Shown here: one piece after another, positions 27,005 through 32,117 of the stretch
Layout of the letters: each line of letters starts with the position of its first letter
Position numbering within the stretch: the stretch's first letter is position 1
Source of the DNA: a virus
Taxonomy: Duplodnaviria; Caudoviricetes
Reading direction: 5' to 3' (one strand)
Length of the DNA: 32,117 nucleotides
Virus record (IMG/VR): IMGVR_UViG_3300048606_000016
Span: 1-32,117 of that record
Program-made: the position numbers and the translations under genes
The notes under the pieces: generated by a model
Told to the model about the DNA's origin: nothing
Database searches by the model: none
Seen by the model: only the letters and a program-made list of their open reading frames with translations

Positions 27005-28095
27005 TGTCGTACACACTGCTTCCTTTCGATCCGCTACTGGACCTACCACCGTGGGTGGGCCAGCGGCAGGCCACGTTCCGGTTCCTGCGTACTGACGGGA
27101 TCACGGGAGAGAACCTGGGGGAGATCCATCCCCTCAGGAACGCCACCCTGACCCACGACACCACCAGGACCATCAAGCGTCAGCTGCAGATCTCCCTGGA
27201 CGCCGTGGACTCGGCGGCCATCAACCCGATCACTGACCGCATCTCTCCGTTCATGGTGTTCCCCAACGGGGAGGAGTATCCGCTGGGTCGCTACATGTTC
27301 ACCGACGTCACGGAAGCCTTCTATACCTCCGGCACCCTGGCGTCCTGTTCCCTGAGCGATGAGATGTATCTGGTGGACCAGGAGATCCCGGTGGGGATCG
27401 GGGGCGCCCAGCTGAGCAACACCTCCGTGGTGGCGCCGCGCTCCATCTCTCAGGTGGTGGGTCAGATCATCGGGGACATGAAGATCGGCATTCAGTACGA
27501 GATCGAGAACAGCGAATTCAACTCAGCGGAGTCCTGGTCTATCGGTACCTCGCGAGGATCCATCCTTGAAGCCCTCGCGGTGGCCGGCGACTACTTCAGT
27601 CCCTGGTTCGGCAACGACACCAAGCTGCACTTCATCCGGTCATTCGATCCGATCAACAAGATCCCGGACTTCGACTTCGATGAGGGCAACCAGGTCACCC
27701 GCGCGGACATTGTCAAAAGCAACGACCTGCTGACGGCACCCAACAGGTTTGTGGTCATCTCCAACTCCCCCGCTGACACTGCTGTGTCGGTAGTGGGTAG
27801 CGCCAGCGTGCCACCCAACGCACCGCACTCCTTGAAGAACCGTGGCTTCGAGATCCTCCAGGTGGAGGACATCCAGGTACAGAACGTGGGCCAGGCCAAC
27901 GCGGTGGCGTTGAACTATGTCAACCGCCAGACCGTGTTCGAGCGGGTCACGATGACGACCGCTCCTGATCCTCGCCATGACTCCTACAACGTCATCCGGT
28001 GGCAGGGGGATCTGTGGCTGGAGTTGGCGTGGAGCCTGGCGATGACTGAAGGAGGAGGAATGAATCACCTGTTGAGGAAGGCATACCACCCGTGA
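27001..28095 (+). CDS. Minor tail protein (hub/baseplate-like)
   Basis: TIKR.L.I, YPLG.Y, Y.SPWF...G/T, PNRFVV.S, T.PDPRH patterns; synteny. Confidence 0.8.
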   Translation: MMSYTLLPFDPLLDLPPWVGQRQATFRFLRTDGITGENLGEIHPLRNATLTHDTTRTIKRQLQISLDAVDSAAINPITDRISPFMVFPNGEEYPLGRYMFTDVTEAFYTSGTLASCSLSDEMYLVDQEIPVGIGGAQLSNTSVVAPRSISQVVGQIIGDMKIGIQYEIENSEFNSAESWSIGTSRGSILEALAVAGDYFSPWFGNDTKLHFIRSFDPINKIPDFDFDEGNQVTRADIVKSNDLLTAPNRFVVISNSPADTAVSVVGSASVPPNAPHSLKNRGFEILQVEDIQVQNVGQANAVALNYVNRQTVFERVTMTTAPDPRHDSYNVIRWQGDLWLELAWSLAMTEGGGMNHLLRKAYHP

Positions 28096-28799
28096 CCGAA
28101 CCAACCCTGGACGCTGAAGCCCCTTCCCTCATTGGGGTCGGGGCTGAAACCATTGTGGACAGAGCGAAGGCTCTGGGTCTGACATGGACCCTGCGACTGG
28201 CCACGGTGGCTGTCGCCGGTAGCACAACCAGCACACAGATCCTGTACGACGGAGACACCGAGACCTCCACCTGCATCAGCCTGTTGGGTCACACCTCTCG
28301 GGTGGGTGACCGGGTCATGGGGATGATCGTGCCCCCGTCGGGCAACTTCATCCTGGGTCCAGCTCAAGCAACCCTGGGCCCTGCCGCCTATGGCGCTGGG
28401 GCACTGAACCAGGACGCCGGTACAGGCAACACCACGTCCACGTTCATGAGCGACATGCCAGGATCGCCGACCGTCTTCATGATCAAGGCGTACGACTCCA
28501 CCAGGCTACAAATCAACTTCCACACCACCGTCCAGTTCAACACCGCCAGCAACCGGGGTCGGTTCGCCGTCAACATCGTGGGTCCAGGGGTGTCAGTGGA
28601 CGCACCACTGGCCGGCTACCTGTGTGCCGCGCCCGCTGTCAACACTCACGCCCAGGTATCCGGAACCACCATCGTGGGCCCGTACACGGCGGGGCTTTTC
28701 ACCTGCAAGATGCGCTGGTCCAGGCCAGTAGGCGCCGGCCGCATCGACCAGTTCGGTGCTGATGACTACAACTCAATGTCCATCATGGAGATCGCATGA
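28092..28799 (+). CDS. Minor tail protein (OB-like N-terminus with VGDRV, beta-sandwich C-terminus)
   Basis: Synteny, VGDRV motif, C-terminal S.SIMEI ending typical of fibre tips. Confidence 0.7.
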   Translation: MTEPTLDAEAPSLIGVGAETIVDRAKALGLTWTLRLATVAVAGSTTSTQILYDGDTETSTCISLLGHTSRVGDRVMGMIVPPSGNFILGPAQATLGPAAYGAGALNQDAGTGNTTSTFMSDMPGSPTVFMIKAYDSTRLQINFHTTVQFNTASNRGRFAVNIVGPGVSVDAPLAGYLCAAPAVNTHAQVSGTTIVGPYTAGLFTCKMRWSRPVGAGRIDQFGADDYNSMSIMEIA

Positions 28800-29860
28800 A
28801 GGTTTACGTGCTCCCAGCTGATCTCTACGGATGCGGACACTACCGACTCATCTGGCCGGCTCAAGCTCTCTTCAATCAGGGAGTTGATGTCACGATCATG
28901 CCACCGAGCAAGGAAAGTGGTATCGCCTGTAGGACCGAAGACCTCCCGGATGGGACGCAGAAGGTCGTCTCCGTGCAGGTCCCAGCTGATGCTGACGTTC
29001 TTGTGGTGCAACGTCCCGCGCACCCACTTCAAGCCCAGATGATTGACATCCTCCGCCAGAACAAGGTCGCAGTCATCATCGACATGGATGACGACATGTC
29101 GTCTATCCACCCGAACAACGTCGCCTTCCATACGTATCGCCATAGCAACAAGCGTTCCCCTCTGTCCTGGAAATGGGCGATGGAATGCTGCAAGCGTGCC
29201 ACCTTAGTCACCACCAGCACGACCCAGCTGCAGAAGGTGTACGCCAGGCACGGGCGTGGAATTGTCATCGATAACTACGTCCCGGAAGCCACCTTGAATT
29301 ACCCGAAAGTGGACACGCTTGAGGGGTTTGGGTGGGCTGGTACCACTATCAGCCACCCTGGGGATCTGCAGGAGGTGGGGAAAGCTGCGCAACAACTGGT
29401 GGACGAAGGGTTCCCGTTTACGGTGGTGGGCCCGCCGAGCAAGGTCAAGGAGGTGCTACGACTCAAGGAGGCCCCCCCGTGCACTGGGTCCGTGAACCTC
29501 ACCGACTGGGTACAGAAGCTGTCCACCACGTACGCCGTGGGCATGGTCCCGCTGGAGCCGACCGCGTTCAACACCTCGAAGTCCAGGCTCAAGGGGATCG
29601 AGCACATGGCGGCTGGGATTCCGTGGATTGCTTCACCTAGGGAGGAGTACCGTAGGCTCAACCGCGAGTCAGGCTGCGGGCTCCTGGCTGCCACCCCGAA
29701 AGAGTGGTATTCCCAGCTCAAGCGCCTGCTCACCGATGATGTGCTCCGCAAGGAGCAGGCTGAAATGGGGAGGCAGTACATGCAGGACCAGACAATCCAG
29801 GCAAATGCTTGGAGGTGGCACGAAGCATGGACAACGGCGATGCTCATGGAGCGCGGCTGA
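28796..29860 (+). CDS. GT-B (GT4-like) glycosyltransferase
   Basis: GCG.YRL.WP, D.LVVQR, IIDMDDD, VTTST..L, GWAG...H..DL, G.VPL....FN.SKS.LK.IE..A.GIP.IASP..EY. Confidence 0.92.
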   Translation: MKVYVLPADLYGCGHYRLIWPAQALFNQGVDVTIMPPSKESGIACRTEDLPDGTQKVVSVQVPADADVLVVQRPAHPLQAQMIDILRQNKVAVIIDMDDDMSSIHPNNVAFHTYRHSNKRSPLSWKWAMECCKRATLVTTSTTQLQKVYARHGRGIVIDNYVPEATLNYPKVDTLEGFGWAGTTISHPGDLQEVGKAAQQLVDEGFPFTVVGPPSKVKEVLRLKEAPPCTGSVNLTDWVQKLSTTYAVGMVPLEPTAFNTSKSRLKGIEHMAAGIPWIASPREEYRRLNRESGCGLLAATPKEWYSQLKRLLTDDVLRKEQAEMGRQYMQDQTIQANAWRWHEAWTTAMLMERG

Positions 29861-30189
29861 AGGTCTACATCGCCGGTCCCATCGACGGCATGGTCGACGG
29901 CAACCGGCCGGCGTTCGCGAAACGTGCCCGCCTGTTGACGGAGATGGGTTACATGCCCATCAACCCCTGGTCCATCGAACCGGCGCACGACGACAGGGCA
30001 CATTGCATCGGGCCCGCCGTAGAACACAGTGAGGCACACCGTTACGGCTGCTTCCTCAGGGCTGACATTGGAGTCCTCATGTACTGCCAGGCGTTCACTC
30101 TGTTGAAGGGCTGGGGCCACAGTCCCGGTGCCCGGGCAGAGGCAATCGTGGCCCGGACAATAGGCATCCCGGAGTTGGTGTTCGCATGA
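29857..30189 (+). CDS. DUF4406-like (nucleoside deoxyribosyltransferase-fold) protein
   Basis: KVYIAGP..G..D.N.PAF...A..L...G..P.NP, AD...L..C....L.GW..S.GA..E...A...G. Start either CTG 29857 or ATG 29827. Confidence 0.85.
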   Translation: MKVYIAGPIDGMVDGNRPAFAKRARLLTEMGYMPINPWSIEPAHDDRAHCIGPAVEHSEAHRYGCFLRADIGVLMYCQAFTLLKGWGHSPGARAEAIVARTIGIPELVFA

Positions 30190-30407
30190 TCGCTGGAGCT
30201 TGGCACCGCTTCAAGGACGGCTACAGCTTCCGGGAGACCATCCACGGTCCCCTGATGGAGGACACCTGCGTCGACTGTGGAGCAGGGGTCTACTCGGTCC
30301 AGCCCACCGGTCGCATCGGTGCCGGTGGCATGGAAGAAGACACGTCCACGGTGTCTGCTCGCTGCTCCACGTGCGGGCGGAAGCACTACGGACTGCCGGC
30401 GTTCTGA
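30186..30407 (+). CDS. Small Zn-ribbon protein
   Basis: CVDC...CSTC; ATGA coupling. Confidence 0.65.
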   Translation: MIAGAWHRFKDGYSFRETIHGPLMEDTCVDCGAGVYSVQPTGRIGAGGMEEDTSTVSARCSTCGRKHYGLPAF

Positions 30408-30601
30408 TGGAGACGAAAATATGGTTCTCGCCGGAAGACTTCGATGAAACAACCCTTGAGGTCCTCCACCAGGCATGGGCGTCGACACCTACGAACGCAC
30501 CAGGTGACCGGAGGCGGGCAGGTCTAGCCGCCGCACTGAACTACATGTTCAACCTGGAGGTGACGGGTGAAGTTCGCCGTGATCCCGACGAACGGGCGTG
30601 A
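30407..30601 (+). CDS. Hypothetical protein (64 aa, METKIWFSP...)
   Basis: TGATG coupling; 3' part of track ORF 30200..30601. Confidence 0.6.
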   Translation: METKIWFSPEDFDETTLEVLHQAWASTPTNAPGDRRRAGLAAALNYMFNLEVTGEVRRDPDERA

Positions 30602-31202
30602 CTGCCTGGATCAGTGTCTACAGGCCATCGTCGACCAGGTCGACGAGATCATCCTCATTGACACTACCGGGGGAGTGCCGCCGTGGTTGCCGTACAACAT
30701 TGTCATCGATGACACGGCTCCCATCAACATCTCCCGTTGGTGGAACTGGGGCCTCAATATGGCGGCAGAAATAGCAGCGACACGCAGTAGCTACGAGGTG
30801 GCCATCATCAATGATGATGTCATCGTTCCACCGGACTGGTTCGATGCTGTGGCAACAGGTCTGCGGAAGTTCGACTGCGCCGCTGCCTGTTCCGGTGGGT
30901 ACCCGGGTGTCAGCGATTCTGTCCTGCTGAACCCGGTGGCCGTGCCATTGGAGACGCGGATGCAGGGGTTCGCTTTCATGCTGGCCGGTGAGAAAGGGCT
31001 TCGGGCTAACGAGGATTTACATTGGTATTTCACTGACGATTACATCGATTGGGAGTCACGCAAGCTCGGTGGCATGAACATGATCGGTGGGTATCCGGTG
31101 GAGCACCTGTACCCGAACGGTCAGCTGACCCCGCACCTGGCTCGGCAGGTAGCGCGTGACGCGCAGACGTTCGTTGACATCTATGGAAGGCGTCCCTGGT
31201 AA
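30567..31202 (+). CDS. GT-A (GT2-like) glycosyltransferase
   Basis: AVIPT..R..L..CL, IILID, S..WN.G, IINDDV (DxD), G.AFML, WYF.DD; GGAGG RBS. Confidence 0.9.
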   Translation: MKFAVIPTNGRDCLDQCLQAIVDQVDEIILIDTTGGVPPWLPYNIVIDDTAPINISRWWNWGLNMAAEIAATRSSYEVAIINDDVIVPPDWFDAVATGLRKFDCAAACSGGYPGVSDSVLLNPVAVPLETRMQGFAFMLAGEKGLRANEDLHWYFTDDYIDWESRKLGGMNMIGGYPVEHLYPNGQLTPHLARQVARDAQTFVDIYGRRPW

Positions 31203-31873
31203 TGCATCTGCACGAGTTCTTGTCTCACGTACACGATGTGGTGAAGCCTCAGGTGTACCTGGAGGTAGGTGTCCAACATGGAACCAGCCTGAACCTGGCC
31301 CATGCTGCCGAGGTAGCCATTGGCATTGATCCGAACCCGCTGATCTCTCAATCCGGTAATCAGCTTATTTTCCCGTACCCATCTGATATGTACTTCACCG
31401 CTCCTCACGCTCCCACGATGGCCGATGGCGTCGACTTCGGCTTCATCGACGGTCTCCATCACTTCGAGCAAGCTCTCCGGGACTTCCTGAACATCGAGAA
31501 ATACACGACCCAGGACTCCGTGGTCGTGTTCGATGATGTTCTTCCACGCAACCAGGAGGAAGCCAACCGGGTGCAGTGCCCCGGCGACTGGACCGGTGAC
31601 GTGTGGAAGGTGACGCACATCCTGATGCGCTACCGGCCCGAGCTGACCGTGTACGAGGTGAACACCCAACCCACGGGGACATTGCTGGTCTACGGCTTCG
31701 GGCGTACGGGGAAGCCCAGTGCTCCCGCATACAACCTGGAACGGGTTGCTACCGAGGAGTACATGAAGCTGGACGTGGTACCAGAGGCCACGATCAACAG
31801 GGCTTACGCCGTGGATCCTGTGTTCGCGCTCAACGAGCTGAAGGAGTTCCTCAGTGGAGTGGACGAAGAGTAA
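31202..31873 (+). CDS. Class I SAM-dependent methyltransferase (Methyltransf_24-like)
   Basis: YLEVGV..G.SL, GIDP, SD.YF, D..FIDG.H.FEQ...D, VVFDD, W.GDVWK. Confidence 0.92.
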   Translation: MHLHEFLSHVHDVVKPQVYLEVGVQHGTSLNLAHAAEVAIGIDPNPLISQSGNQLIFPYPSDMYFTAPHAPTMADGVDFGFIDGLHHFEQALRDFLNIEKYTTQDSVVVFDDVLPRNQEEANRVQCPGDWTGDVWKVTHILMRYRPELTVYEVNTQPTGTLLVYGFGRTGKPSAPAYNLERVATEEYMKLDVVPEATINRAYAVDPVFALNELKEFLSGVDEE

Positions 31874-32030
31874 CCGGTGCGACACCGGCAACTGTGTTGA
31901 GTTCAAACACCCCGTGCCCGGCATGGTACTGATGCGTAATAGCACCATGGAAGACAAGATCCTCCCGTTCACGGAGGATGAATGGAATGCCTTCCTCGAC
32001 GAAGTGAAAGCCGGAGGCTTTGAAATATGA
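31854..32030 (+). CDS. DUF397 (BldB-like) protein, 58 aa
   Basis: Below the track cutoff. AAGGAG RBS at 31841-31846; MEWTKSNRCDTGNCVEFKHPVPGMVLMRNSTMEDKILPFTEDEWNAFLDEVKAGGFEI matches W.KS....G.CVE...V..RDS...L.F...W.AF...VK.G.F. Confidence 0.88.
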   Translation: MEWTKSNRCDTGNCVEFKHPVPGMVLMRNSTMEDKILPFTEDEWNAFLDEVKAGGFEI

Positions 32031-32117
32031 GGATTGCAGTTACCGGTGGCGGAGGCTTCCTGGGCTCCGCCACCATCGCGTACGCGGAGTTGAACGGCGA
32101 CACAGCATGGAGGTTTG
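32027..32117 (+). CDS. NAD-dependent epimerase/dehydratase, 5' part only
   Basis: MRIAVTGGGGFLGS, extended-SDR TGxxGxxG motif; GGAGG RBS and ATGA overlap. Confidence 0.85.
   Translation, partial: MRIAVTGGGGFLGSATIAYAELNGDTAWRF

Overview
High-GC actinobacteriophage (or prophage) DNA, probably from a filamentous-actinomycete host (it carries a DUF397/BldB-like gene). The left 0.7 kb is a minus-strand unit: two nearly identical tRNA genes (Lys-CUU and the rare Ile-UAU) embedded in tiled RNA stem-loops, leading into a CDS cut off by the window edge. The remainder is one plus-strand siphovirus morphogenesis operon of the mycobacteriophage cluster-B-like type: terminase large subunit, DUF1360 membrane protein, portal, MuF, multidomain prohead protease, a 1900-aa cysteine-free protein with a degenerate VIP2-like ADP-ribosyltransferase fold and several HeH-like motifs, hexamer and pentamer capsid proteins, tail tube, adaptor, neck module, chaperones, a short tape measure and tail proteins. 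It continues without a gap into a glycosyltransferase/methyltransferase/epimerase cassette. All calls rest on motif recognition and synteny by eye; no searches were run.
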